DNA of 51,922 nt from Candidatus Kaiserbacteria bacterium RIFCSPHIGHO2_01_FULL_54_36 (GCA_001781105.1 MFKV01000031.1:1-51922), one strand, 5' to 3'; shown: positions 41,241 to 50,305, numbered from the stretch's first letter. Notes: a model not told the origin generated them from the letters alone. A program made the numbers and translations.

Positions 41241-42656
41241 CTACTCGAGAAGTCCCGCATGCCCCGGGACGCCCCCGAAAGGCTTCAAATAATTGCTCGC
41301 ATAGATGAGAACACCTTGCATGGTGTCGAGGAGGCGTAAGAGGAAGGTATTTTGTGCGCGTGGAGGCGCGACATAGTTATTCGCAAGATCGCCGGAAGTA
41401 AAGGTCTGTTGTTGGAGAGGGCCTTGTGCCACCACCGTTCCTGAGGCAGTAAGTACACTTTGCGAACTTGTGCTCGAAGGGGATAGGCCTATTGCGACGT
41501 CGATAACATTTGGATTGAGGTTGATCGGGACCACCTTGCCGATATCTATCAGATTGCTGACAGGATTTATATATTGCTCGATAAGGTTAAAACTTGACGT
41601 TGCTTTTGGCTGCGTGTTGGTCGCCGATTGTGACCCAGGAACCAGGGTGTTGGTATTAAGAAGGCTTGAGATCGGAGTTGTTTCAGAAGAGATCGTAGGC
41701 AGCGGCAGCGTAGGCTGTGCAGAAATGCTCGGCTGAGCTGAAGAGACAGGCTGCGCTCCTTGTGACGGTTGCGCAGGAAGCGAAGGCTGACTTGGTGCCG
41801 CCGATTGTGGCGGGGGCTGCGTCGGCTGTCCGCTTGCATTGGTGAGGCATTGCGACTGCAGGACGGTTCCAGGTTGCGCGATCGTGGGGGGATTGAGGCT
41901 CGTGAAGCATTCCGCTGTGTTCATCTGAATTTGAGGTTGATTCGAACCGGCGTCAGCGCTCGGTGCAGCTGACGCTATCGGAGTCGCTTGGCCTACTGGC
42001 CTCGATGAGGCGGGCGCATTGGAAGGAGCGGCGACCGGTGTACCTGCAACTCCGCTACACGAGGGGCTGCGCTTATTCGTTGGTTCCATGTGCGGCCTGT
42101 CGCCCATGCCAAGCGGAAAGCCGACACCAAATTGTGGATTCGATCTCGCGAACGCATGTAATTGAACATAATTGTTACTCGCGGGGTTCACGTCCATCGC
42201 GAGCCCCAATTGATGGTTGGAACGCGTCGCTCCCCCGGCTCTCGCATTCTCCGTGCGATCGCATTGGATGTGTGCCGGTGAGTTGGGTCCGCATCGGAAG
42301 GCCGACACGACGTAGATGGGACCGTGGGCGCGAGCGAACGCTTGTAAAAATTTTGCTGCGCAGGTCGCAAACGCATTGTTTAGCTTATCGATACGACCTC
42401 CGGAGGTGGGTGGGGCTTTTGAATTCCTTAGGTCTCTCGCTATGCTCGCTAGATACGCCTTTGCTTGTCCGGCATCGTTGGTGAGCCCCGCGGTCCTATC
42501 CGAATCACACACCGGTCTCCCCGGCAGCGCGCCGGCGGCTATCTCGGCAGCCGTTGCGGTACGGCAATTGGTACCTTGTGCGTATGCGACACTCAGTGTT
42601 AGCAACACAAACAAAAAAGCTATGCCAGCCAGAAGAGAAATAGGTATTCGCAACAT
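41241..42656 (-). CDS. secreted LAS/M15-like zinc-peptidase domain protein with P/Q/S-rich linker and conserved C-domain (paralogue 1)
   Basis: Signal peptide 'LLAGIAFLFVLLTLSVAYAQ'. 'SAFR...SNHQLGLAMDV' gives an HxxGxAxD motif. The C-terminal ~130 aa are shared with 42718-44115. Confidence 0.55.
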   Translation of the reverse strand: MLRIPISLLAGIAFLFVLLTLSVAYAQGTNCRTATAAEIAAGALPGRPVCDSDRTAGLTNDAGQAKAYLASIARDLRNSKAPPTSGGRIDKLNNAFATCAAKFLQAFARAHGPIYVVSAFRCGPNSPAHIQCDRTENARAGGATRSNHQLGLAMDVNPASNNYVQLHAFARSNPQFGVGFPLGMGDRPHMEPTNKRSPSCSGVAGTPVAAPSNAPASSRPVGQATPIASAAPSADAGSNQPQIQMNTAECFTSLNPPTIAQPGTVLQSQCLTNASGQPTQPPPQSAAPSQPSLPAQPSQGAQPVSSAQPSISAQPTLPLPTISSETTPISSLLNTNTLVPGSQSATNTQPKATSSFNLIEQYINPVSNLIDIGKVVPINLNPNVIDVAIGLSPSSTSSQSVLTASGTVVAQGPLQQQTFTSGDLANNYVAPPRAQNTFLLRLLDTMQGVLIYASNYLKPFGGVPGHAGLLE

Positions 42657-42663
42657 CGTTTTA

Positions 42664-42704
42664 GTATACCCCGTGAGATATCTTGCTCATCTCATGGGGT
42701 ATAC
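42664..42704. promoter_or_regulatory. 41-nt palindromic element GTATACCCCGTGAGAT-N9-ATCTCATGGGGTATAC, copy 1
   Basis: 16-nt arms with one G:U-type mismatch. The left arm supplies the TATACT -10 box 6 nt before ATG 42656 on the minus strand. Confidence 0.65.
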
Positions 42705-42717
42705 CGGGAAAGAGAAT

Positions 42718-44115
42718 TTAATAGCCATGTTCATGGGGGTGAAGTCCACCAAAGGGCTTCAGATAATTACTCGCATACATAAGGATATTTTGCATGGTGT
42801 CGAGAAGGCGCAGTATGAAGGTGTTCTGCGGACGCACACTTCCTGAGGAGGGATTGTTTGCCAGATCCCCGGAAGTGAACGTCTGTTGCGGGATAGGTCC
42901 TTGTGCTCGCACGGTACCAGAAGCAGTAAGTGTTTGTTGCGGGGGAGAGCTTGAAGGCGAAAGGCCGGTCGCAATTTCTGTGATGTTTGCGTTGAGATCA
43001 ATAGGGACGGCTTTGCCGATATCTATAAGAGTACTCACCGGATTGATGTACTGTTCAATGAGGTCAAAGCTCGACGTCGCCTCCTTCTGCGTACTCGAGG
43101 GTAGCGGGGAAGGAAGAAATATACTTGGGTTGAGCAGACTTGAAAGTGCTGAATCAAACGACGTGGAGAGTGTCGGCTGTGCAGATGTTCCACCAGAAGA
43201 TCCACCCGAGGATCCAGGTTGTGAGGGAAGAGACGGTTGCGCCTGACCCGCGGGCTGTGCAGGAGCGGGTGGTTGTTGTGGGGGAGGCTGCGGTGGTAGC
43301 TGCGGTTGCTGACCAGGCGCGTTCGTGAGGCACTGGCTCTGCTGCACAGTCCCTGGGGGCGCGATCGTCGGAGGGTTCAAGCTCGTGAAGCATTCGGCGG
43401 GGTTCATTTGTGACGACGGTGGCAGCTGCGGTTGTGTTTGAGGAGGTGATGACGGCGGCAGCTGAGGAGGGGCTTGCGGGGGAGTGGAAGTCGCGCTCGG
43501 GGAGGGAGCTGAAGTTCCTCCGCAAGTTGTTGGCTCTAAGTGATTTGCCTCGCCAGGGATCCGTGGGTAGTACGGCAACCGTACCTTCAACGTCGGACCA
43601 TTCGATACGACATGCCGACACGCCGCGTTACAGCTGAACTTGTTCCACGTTCCTCCCACAAGATCCACGGCGCACCCTCTTCGATGGTTGCCCGTGTTTT
43701 TTCCGCTCACCCGCATCTCGCCTGCCGCAGACCGGTACCCCGATAGTATGGTGGCAGAGGTAAAGTGAGGATCGTTCTTGAGAAGGTTCGCAAGAAGAAT
43801 GGCGAAGTTGGCATCGAGTTTCAGAATACAATTTTTTGGATCCTCTCCTGTTATTCCGTTGCCGTTGACGCATGATTGGCGCGTAAGCAAGAACCTCTTC
43901 GCCTCTTCTGCGCCTTGGTTGATACCAGTTTCATTTGGGTTGTAACACCTCCCAGCTTCAATTTGTTTGTTTTGTACGACGGCATCGCTTGCGGTTGCGG
44001 GTCGCGTACCGGGCGGGCATTGAGCAACGACAACATGTGGAAAGGAGAGAACGGCCAAAAGAGCTGCAGCAGCAAAAAATCCGAGAACGAGCAAAGCTGA
44101 GTTCCGACTTACCAT
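42718..44115 (-). CDS. secreted LAS/M15-like zinc-peptidase domain protein (paralogue 2)
   Basis: 'ILSGYRSAAGE...GNHRRGCAVDL'. ATG 44115 lies 7 nt after TATACT. The ORF-track start at 44172 would overlap the nuclease gene. Confidence 0.55.
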   Translation of the reverse strand: MVSRNSALLVLGFFAAAALLAVLSFPHVVVAQCPPGTRPATASDAVVQNKQIEAGRCYNPNETGINQGAEEAKRFLLTRQSCVNGNGITGEDPKNCILKLDANFAILLANLLKNDPHFTSATILSGYRSAAGEMRVSGKNTGNHRRGCAVDLVGGTWNKFSCNAACRHVVSNGPTLKVRLPYYPRIPGEANHLEPTTCGGTSAPSPSATSTPPQAPPQLPPSSPPQTQPQLPPSSQMNPAECFTSLNPPTIAPPGTVQQSQCLTNAPGQQPQLPPQPPPQQPPAPAQPAGQAQPSLPSQPGSSGGSSGGTSAQPTLSTSFDSALSSLLNPSIFLPSPLPSSTQKEATSSFDLIEQYINPVSTLIDIGKAVPIDLNANITEIATGLSPSSSPPQQTLTASGTVRAQGPIPQQTFTSGDLANNPSSGSVRPQNTFILRLLDTMQNILMYASNYLKPFGGLHPHEHGY

Positions 44116-44141
44116 ACGAGTAAGTATACCGAGAAAAAACG

Positions 44142-44732
44142 TTACTGATTTTCGCACACCCTGTCCGCCCACAAACCTTTCTTTTGCTCGCGCGCTTGTT
44201 TCTGCGCCGCTTTGAACTCGGCTTGGTATTTGTAGGGCAGGTTGTATGTGTATTCGTGCCCGTATCCTTCAGCGATCATGTATTTATTGACGAGGATGCC
44301 TTCGGGCCGAACGTTGGCTGGTGCATAGATGTATGCCAAAAGCCGACCGTATTTGTCGTAGGTTCCCTGCGAGGGATCAGTTTCAACACGCACCGATTGC
44401 CCTGAGATAACCCGCTTCATTTTTTCGGATGCCTCTTTTCCAAAACACTGCACGGGCTTTCGCGGATCGACTATCTCTGGCGTATCGAGCCCGATGAGCC
44501 GCACCGTCACATTCTTTCCATTCATCAAAACGACGATCGTGTCTCCGTCTATTACTCTCACGACGGGATACCAATCGGCCGCGACTTTGGCAGGCGCTTC
44601 GTTTCTCACACTTGAAGTGGCAATTGTTTGCGGGGAGGATGTAACAATTGGGGGAGTGTCAACATCCTGCACCCAGGGCGCAGTGAGTACGAATCCCATG
44701 ATAATTAAGATACCAAGCAGCACTTTCATCAT
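44142..44732 (-). CDS. secreted thermonuclease (staphylococcal nuclease, SNase-like)
   Basis: 'VVRVIDGDTIVVLMNGKNVTVRLIGLDTPE', 'DKYGRLLAYIY' and 'NKYMIAEGYGHEY' fit the SNase fold. An N-terminal signal is present. Confidence 0.85.
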   Translation of the reverse strand: MMKVLLGILIIMGFVLTAPWVQDVDTPPIVTSSPQTIATSSVRNEAPAKVAADWYPVVRVIDGDTIVVLMNGKNVTVRLIGLDTPEIVDPRKPVQCFGKEASEKMKRVISGQSVRVETDPSQGTYDKYGRLLAYIYAPANVRPEGILVNKYMIAEGYGHEYTYNLPYKYQAEFKAAQKQAREQKKGLWADRVCENQ

Positions 44733-44750
44733 CCCAACAGTATACGGTGC

Positions 44751-44791
44751 AAAAAAATCGCAGGCGCGGCGGGAATTTCATCCGCCGCGCC
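44751..44791 (-). terminator. intrinsic terminator after the 44810-45142 gene
   Basis: In minus sense: GGCGCGGCGG-N9-CCGCCGCGCC, then TGCGATTTTTTTG. Confidence 0.7.
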
Positions 44792-44809
44792 TGAGCGCTG
44801 TTCCCCCGG

Positions 44810-45142
44810 TTATGCGGCCTGTAGACCAGTCGGCGTTGCCCAATTCAGGTCGGCAAGTGCACGAAGTGCATACCGGTTCGTCGGCCATGGAACGGTCGCT
44901 TTCGTGCCATCAATCACGATTTTGGCCCCATCGACCTGTTTATAGACGATGCATGCGCGCACAATCGCGTCAACAAGCTCGCCCCTGGCCTTGAGATCTG
45001 GCCGGAATGTCCGTCCGTACGCGCCGATGGCCTGGAAGATGCCCTCTGCGCGATTGGATACGTCGGCTTTCCCGACGGGATCTTGCTCATCGAGCAGCCT
45101 GATCAGTTCTTTTCGCAGCGGTGCTTCGGCGAAATACGCCAT
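44810..45142 (-). CDS. hypothetical protein
   Basis: 110-aa ORF with GGAGAG 4 nt before the ATG and its own terminator. No family recognised. Confidence 0.5.
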   Translation of the reverse strand: MAYFAEAPLRKELIRLLDEQDPVGKADVSNRAEGIFQAIGAYGRTFRPDLKARGELVDAIVRACIVYKQVDGAKIVIDGTKATVPWPTNRYALRALADLNWATPTGLQAA

Positions 45143-45338
45143 GGCTCTCTCCTATTTGTGTTCGGCCCACATGGGTCCAGCGAAACTATGCACCGAGGCA
45201 CTTTTTGAGTCAATCGCGGCCGGGATAGAGTTGTAATTCGACTACCCGTAACGAGTCGCTTCATCCAGTCTTCATGAAAGAACCTGTATGCTCCGGGCGG
45301 TATGAAATCGACGACTTATCAGCACTAAGACCAAATCT

Positions 45339-45848
45339 ATGTCAAACGGAAATATGTCTTTCGGCTCAAAACACATGTGGTACATCACTGGCGCTGCAGT
45401 GCTTATCGCGCTTCTCGCATGGGCCCTGTTGCAGCGTGATGTGCTTACGAGCATAGGCATAGGAAACCAGCAGGCGACCTCGACGGAAACCTCGACAGAT
45501 ACAAGTGGTGGCACGACAGCCTCGAGCAATCTACCCTCAGGCTGGCCCTCGGACGCGCCGGCACTTTTGTCGGGTGCGAAGATCACGTATTCGGGCCAGA
45601 GTGATCCGAAAACTGAGATCGCGGGTCCCACGGTTGTCTTCACGGCATCAAGTAAGCCGCAGACTGCGGTCACGTTCTACAAGTCGCAATTCACGGCGCA
45701 CGGATGGACGTTCCGCGGACAGGGAGATGACTTGGGATCAGTCCAGCTTGCGGCGACCAAAGGCACGCGCAAGGTTACTGTGACGATCCTCGAGACGCGC
45801 TCTGGCGTCCTCAATGTAACGATAGGGATATCGAAGTTGGGATCCTAA
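45339..45848 (+). CDS. N-terminally anchored hypothetical protein
   Basis: 169 aa with TM segment 'WYITGAAVLIALLAWALL', a Thr/Ser-rich linker and a beta-rich C-domain. Confidence 0.5.
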   Translation: MSNGNMSFGSKHMWYITGAAVLIALLAWALLQRDVLTSIGIGNQQATSTETSTDTSGGTTASSNLPSGWPSDAPALLSGAKITYSGQSDPKTEIAGPTVVFTASSKPQTAVTFYKSQFTAHGWTFRGQGDDLGSVQLAATKGTRKVTVTILETRSGVLNVTIGISKLGS

Positions 45849-45860
45849 CTTCATACACAA

Positions 45861-45890
45861 AAGCCGCCCTTCAAAGGCGGCTTTTGTTTT
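45861..45890 (+). terminator. intrinsic terminator
   Basis: GCCGCC-cttcaaa-GGCGGC followed by TTTTGTTTT. Confidence 0.75.
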
Positions 45891-45891
45891 G

Positions 45892-45933
45892 GTATGCCCC
45901 GTGAAATAGCTTGCTTCATCTCATGGGGTATAC
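45892..45933. promoter_or_regulatory. palindromic element GTATGCCCCGTGAAAT-N10-ATCTCATGGGGTATAC, copy 2
   Basis: The right arm is identical to 42689-42704 and the loop shares CTTGCT. The TATACT -10 box (45929-45934) lies 6 nt before ATG 45941. Confidence 0.65.
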
Positions 45934-45940
45934 TCTGCGC

Positions 45941-46633
45941 ATGCATATAGTCCGCTATCTACTCGTGGTCATCCTGCTATCGGGGCTTGCACTCGCCATA
46001 TACGTGCTTGCGCCGAAAGCGCCAGAGCTCTCGGTCGTGCAAACAGCTACCAGCACGACGAGTGGGACGGAAATGAAGGTAGAAGATATATATGGAGATA
46101 CCGATACATACCACATCGAGATGCACTACCCACAGTTCGGCATTCCCTCGGTAGATGCAAAGATCAAATCAGTGGTAGATACTGCCGTCGATACATTCAA
46201 AGAGTATCCTGCGAATCCCCCTGACTCGAGCCTGCCCCAAAATGAGCTCACGGGCTCCTTTGCATCCACATACGTGGGCCCGGATGTCGTGAGCGTAAAA
46301 CTCTCGCTTTCGGAATATACCGGAGGGGCTCATCCCAATACGGTACTCATCGGGATCAACGTAGATCCGCGAAGCGGGCGTGAGCTCACACTTGATGATG
46401 CACTCTCCATGATTGGGAAAGATTTGCAGCAGGTAGCCGATGAGTCATTGAAAGAATTGAGATCAAAGCTCGGTGACAATGTCCTTGATTCCGCTAAGGG
46501 AGCTGAAGCAAAATCGGAGAACTACAGCACGTTCGTTGTAAGCAAAGACAAGGTAACGTTTATTTTCAATGTATACCAAGTTGCACCGTATGCTGCAGGT
46601 CCGCAGGAAGTCTCCTTTGCGCGCGTCCGCTAA
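45941..46633 (+). CDS. DUF3298/DUF4163 (RsiV/PdaC C-terminal-like) domain protein, membrane anchored
   Basis: 'YHIEMHYPQFG', 'LSLSEYTGGAHPNT' and 'DKVTFIFNVYQVAPYAAGPQEVSF' fit the family. ATG 45941 is preferred over TTG 45911. Confidence 0.7.
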   Translation: MHIVRYLLVVILLSGLALAIYVLAPKAPELSVVQTATSTTSGTEMKVEDIYGDTDTYHIEMHYPQFGIPSVDAKIKSVVDTAVDTFKEYPANPPDSSLPQNELTGSFASTYVGPDVVSVKLSLSEYTGGAHPNTVLIGINVDPRSGRELTLDDALSMIGKDLQQVADESLKELRSKLGDNVLDSAKGAEAKSENYSTFVVSKDKVTFIFNVYQVAPYAAGPQEVSFARVR

Positions 46634-46731
46634 CAGCTGACGTCCGAGCGACCTTCGTTTGCTCTGTTCACGCAGCGTTCATCTACCTTTGCTATAAATA
46701 CTGATTATTCGCGTCAGAATAACAACACAAT

Positions 46732-46947
46732 ATGGCAGATACAGTCATAAACACACCCTCGTCTGACGGCACTGGAGCCGCGGGCATGGTAGTGGCGCTT
46801 ATCGCTCTTGTAGCGATCGTTGTCGGAGGTTTACTCTTGTTCCGCTATGGCGGATTCGCAGCGCCTGCGCAACAGGACGGAACTAACATCAACGTCACTC
46901 TTCCAGCAGGTACTGGGGGTACGGGAGATACCGGCACCACTAAATAA
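46732..46947 (+). CDS. small single-pass membrane protein
   Basis: 71 aa with TM segment 'GMVVALIALVAIVVGGLLLF' and Gly/Thr-rich ends. Confidence 0.45.
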   Translation: MADTVINTPSSDGTGAAGMVVALIALVAIVVGGLLLFRYGGFAAPAQQDGTNINVTLPAGTGGTGDTGTTK

Positions 46948-46970
46948 CCTAGGGAAACCTAAAAGCACAA

Positions 46971-46996
46971 CCAGCCCCGACAAAAGTCGGGGCTGG
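46971..46996. terminator. bidirectional hairpin between the small membrane-protein gene and tmRNA
   Basis: CCAGCCCCGAC-aaaa-GTCGGGGCTGG, a perfect 11-bp stem. Confidence 0.65.
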
Positions 46997-47003
46997 TTGG
47001 TAT

Positions 47004-47349
47004 TGGTGGAGGTGTCGGGGAATGATCCCGAGTCCAGTGAAAAACGCAGGGAAAATTCTACGCGGCGTAGGTCATCTGAAGGTTTAAACATGCCGAATAA
47101 AAGATGAACAGAAACGCGACATGTCGAGTCCTGATCTTAGACAAACGTCGGACACCGTCTGTCAGTGCTTGAAGAATGACGCCCGGCGAGCTTACTCAAG
47201 CTCTACACTCGTGGACGGCCGCTTAGGCTAAAGCGTAAGACGGCGCAAATGCTTTGTTCGCACTTGAATTTTGAAGTGGATTTGAAAGGCACTCCAGCTT
47301 TGCCGCGCATTTAGATGCGCTGATTTCACTGTCGAAGCCAGTCACCCCC
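47004..47349 (-). ncRNA. ssrA: tmRNA (transfer-messenger RNA)
   Basis: The 5' end GGGGGUGACUGGCUUCGACAGUG pairs with the 3' end ...CACCUCCACCA, giving a 7-bp acceptor stem with G3:U. The T-arm is UCGGG-AUCAUUC-CCCGA. The tag ORF GCG AAC AAA GCA UUU GCG CCG UCU UAC GCU UUA GCC UAA at 47223-47261 encodes ANKAFAPSYALA. It lies next to smpB. Confidence 0.88.
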
Positions 47350-47415
47350 CGGGGCTACGTTGCTGTTTCCCGCGCAACGTAGCTTCGGGGACCGGCTGGA
47401 CATTAAGATTGCAGA

Positions 47416-47859
47416 TTATTCAGTTTTCAAGGTTCGCTGTATACGACGCTTTTCCTCCCGCGCCCGCATACTATGACGTTTATCATGGCCTTTCTTTCCG
47501 CGTGCGATCGCGATCAAGAGTTTCAGGTTTCGCCCACTATTATACACTTTTAATGGCACTATTGTCAATCCCTTCTGGCCTTCCGCAGAGGCAACGTGCG
47601 CGATTTCGGTGCGCGAAAGGAGCAATCGGCGCGTGCGTTCTTGGTCATATGATTTTGGGGCATTGGCTACCTGCCAGGCGGGGATAGAAGCGCCGACAAG
47701 ATACGCTTCGCCGCCGCGCGCGACCACGCGCGCCCCTTTTAGAGAGCCACGCCCCGCGCGGAGTGATTTCACTTCATATCCATGCAATTCCAAACCCGCC
47801 TCGATCTCTTCGAGTATCGTGTAATCAAATCCAACCTTCTTGTTTTCTACAACTGCCAT
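47416..47859 (-). CDS. smpB: SsrA-binding protein SmpB
   Basis: 'NKKVGFDYTILEEIEAGLELHGYEVKSLR' and 'LKLLIAIARGKKGHDKR' are SmpB-like. TATAGT lies 6 nt before the ATG. Confidence 0.93.
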   Translation of the reverse strand: MAVVENKKVGFDYTILEEIEAGLELHGYEVKSLRAGRGSLKGARVVARGGEAYLVGASIPAWQVANAPKSYDQERTRRLLLSRTEIAHVASAEGQKGLTIVPLKVYNSGRNLKLLIAIARGKKGHDKRHSMRAREEKRRIQRTLKTE

Positions 47860-47953
47860 GCGCTCACTATAGCGCGCATCTTCTAAAAGCTAAAAAGCCC
47901 TGCTTGCCGGCAGGTGGCAGCTCCAGGCGATTTGAGTATAATGCACTTTCCGT

Positions 47954-49885
47954 ATGGCAACTTCCGACAAGCAGCCACGCAAGCCGCGCGTAGGGGACAA
48001 GGCGCCGCCCCCGGGCGGTGCTTCAATCTGGGTGCAGCTTGCGGCAGCCTTTGCCGTATTTCTCGTGCTCTCCGCCGGCTACTCCCTTGTTCGCCAATAT
48101 GTCGTCGATAAGAGCGAAGAAATAGCCCTTTCTCAGATCGCGGTAGATATTAATTTGGGAAAGATATCCTCCCTCGAAGTTTCTGGCGACCAGATCACTG
48201 CCACATATGTGGACGAGACGAAAAAGACCTCGCGTAAAGAAAGCGAGAGTTCGCTCACCGACACGCTCTCCAAATACGAGATCGCGCCTGAGAAGCTCGC
48301 TGCAGTAAAGATCGAGATCAAAGATGAAGGCGGCTTGCGCTTTTGGGCGCTCACGCTTTTGCCGATCCTCGTCCCGGTCATCTTCCTCTTCGGCGTCATT
48401 TGGTACCTCTCGAGGCAACTGCGCGGTGGCGGGGGAATGCAGGCATTTACCTTCGGGCGCTCGATGGCGCGGCTGGTGAATCCTGAAGACGAAGTCCAAA
48501 AAGTAACGTTCAAGGATGTGGCTGGTGCAAAAGAAGCAAAAAGCGAACTACTCGAAATAGTTGATTTCCTCAAAAATCCCAAAAAATTCATTCAGATCGG
48601 CGCGCGCATTCCCAAGGGAGTGCTCTTGATGGGCGCGCCGGGCACGGGCAAGACGTTGCTTGCGCGAGCCGTTGCGGGAGAGGCGGGCGTGCCATTCTTC
48701 TCCATTTCGGGATCGGAATTCGTCGAGATGTTCGTTGGCGTCGGCGCTTCGCGCGTGCGCGATCTTTTCCTCACGGCAAAAAAATCTTCCCCCTCCATTA
48801 TTTTCATTGATGAGATAGATGCAGTGGGGCGCGTGCGCGGCACCGGAGTGGGCGGCGGCAACGACGAGCGCGAACAGACCCTCAACCAAATCTTGGTCGA
48901 GATGGATGGCTTCGAGCCCAATGAAAAAGTCATCGTGATGGCAGCATCAAACAGGCCCGACGTCCTGGACCCCGCACTTTTGCGCCCCGGGCGCTTTGAT
49001 AGACGCGTGACGATCGATCTCCCGGACCGCAAGGACCGCGAAGAGATCCTCAAGGTACACGCGCGCACCAAGCCGCTCGGGGCCGATGTGAATCTCATTG
49101 TCATCGCAGAGCGTACGCCGGGCTTCTCTGGTGCGGATCTTGCGAGCCTCATGAACGAGGCCGCCATCCTCGCTGCGCGCGAAGATAGGCGTGAGCTTAC
49201 GCAGTACGACCTCATCCGCAGCATCGAAAAAGTGATGCTCGGGCCCGAACGCAGGAGCCACATCTTGAACAAAAAGGAGAAGGAGATCACCGCCTACCAC
49301 GAAGCAGGGCACGCTCTCATAGCTTCCGTCTTGCCGTACGCCGATCCGGTGCACAAAATATCCATCATCTCGCGCGGCCGCGCTGCGGGCTACACGCTCA
49401 AGCTTCCGTTTGAGGATCGCAAAATGCAATCGCGCAGGGAATTCTTGGACGACATCGCGGTATCGCTCGGCGGATTCGTCGCAGAAAAAATGATATTCGA
49501 CGACATAACGACCGGCGCATCCAACGACCTGCAGGTACTAACCGCGCTCGCGCGCAACATGGTCGCCCGCTACGGCATGTCGGAGAAAATGGGTCCGATC
49601 GCATTTGCGGCCTCCGCGCAGCGCGCAATTTTCGGCGAAGGGGTCGAAGATGGGCAATCGCAAGAGGTCGCGGCACAGATCGATGAGGAAGTGCGAAAGA
49701 TAATCTCGAACGCGCGGAAGATCGCCGAAGGCGTGCTCACCAAACATCGTCATGCCCTCGATGCCATCGCCAAGCGCCTCGTGGTAGTAGAAACCATCGA
49801 ACGCGAAGAATTCGAGAATATTTTGATAGCAAATGGTATAACACCTAAAAAGAAGGAGGATATAGAACACCAGCCCTTAGCATAG
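47954..49885 (+). CDS. ftsH: ATP-dependent zinc metalloprotease FtsH
   Basis: '[22 protein letters not shown]', '[11 protein letters not shown]' and the zinc site 'HEAGHALIA'. Two N-terminal TM segments. Confidence 0.97.
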   Translation: MATSDKQPRKPRVGDKAPPPGGASIWVQLAAAFAVFLVLSAGYSLVRQYVVDKSEEIALSQIAVDINLGKISSLEVSGDQITATYVDETKKTSRKESESSLTDTLSKYEIAPEKLAAVKIEIKDEGGLRFWALTLLPILVPVIFLFGVIWYLSRQLRGGGGMQAFTFGRSMARLVNPEDEVQKVTFKDVAGAKEAKSELLEIVDFLKNPKKFIQIGARIPKGVLLMGAPGTGKTLLARAVAGEAGVPFFSISGSEFVEMFVGVGASRVRDLFLTAKKSSPSIIFIDEIDAVGRVRGTGVGGGNDEREQTLNQILVEMDGFEPNEKVIVMAASNRPDVLDPALLRPGRFDRRVTIDLPDRKDREEILKVHARTKPLGADVNLIVIAERTPGFSGADLASLMNEAAILAAREDRRELTQYDLIRSIEKVMLGPERRSHILNKKEKEITAYHEAGHALIASVLPYADPVHKISIISRGRAAGYTLKLPFEDRKMQSRREFLDDIAVSLGGFVAEKMIFDDITTGASNDLQVLTALARNMVARYGMSEKMGPIAFAASAQRAIFGEGVEDGQSQEVAAQIDEEVRKIISNARKIAEGVLTKHRHALDAIAKRLVVVETIEREEFENILIANGITPKKKEDIEHQPLA

Positions 49886-49969
49886 GTGTCAGGATTCAGC
49901 TTGAAAGAGAGGAACTGATTTGTGTCTTCTGACAACTGACAGCTGAAAACTGAAAGCTATAATGCAGGT

Positions 49970-50242
49970 ATGGCGGATCACAGCATGCCGGATTATGACA
50001 ACGAGCCCAACGAATGGGAATCCAACCGCCCCGCGAAGCTCCCGCGACACATCTCGGTACAGCTTAAGCAATACACAACTCGTATCCAGGGGGCGCATAC
50101 CGTCGGCGCGCTCAAAGCCATTCGCAGCGATATTGAGCAAGGAAGCCTCGCCAATAATGCCGAGGCCAAAGCAGAACTGAAACGCACTATGAACCAGCGT
50201 GCTCGGGAGCTTGGTTTTCAGGAAGGACCGTGGTGGTCGTAA
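49970..50242 (+). CDS. hypothetical protein
   Basis: 90-aa ORF. TATAAT (49958-49963) lies 6 nt before the ATG, and a terminator hairpin follows the gene. Confidence 0.5.
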   Translation: MADHSMPDYDNEPNEWESNRPAKLPRHISVQLKQYTTRIQGAHTVGALKAIRSDIEQGSLANNAEAKAELKRTMNQRARELGFQEGPWWS

Positions 50243-50256
50243 GTATAAAAGCAAGC

Positions 50257-50280
50257 ACCCGCGGACGAGTGCCCGCGGGT
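50257..50280. terminator. hairpin between convergent genes
   Basis: ACCCGCGG-N8-CCGCGGGT, an 8-bp stem with T-rich flanks in minus sense. Confidence 0.55.
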
Positions 50281-50305
50281 TTGATATGGATGTCGCAAGG
50301 TCGAT

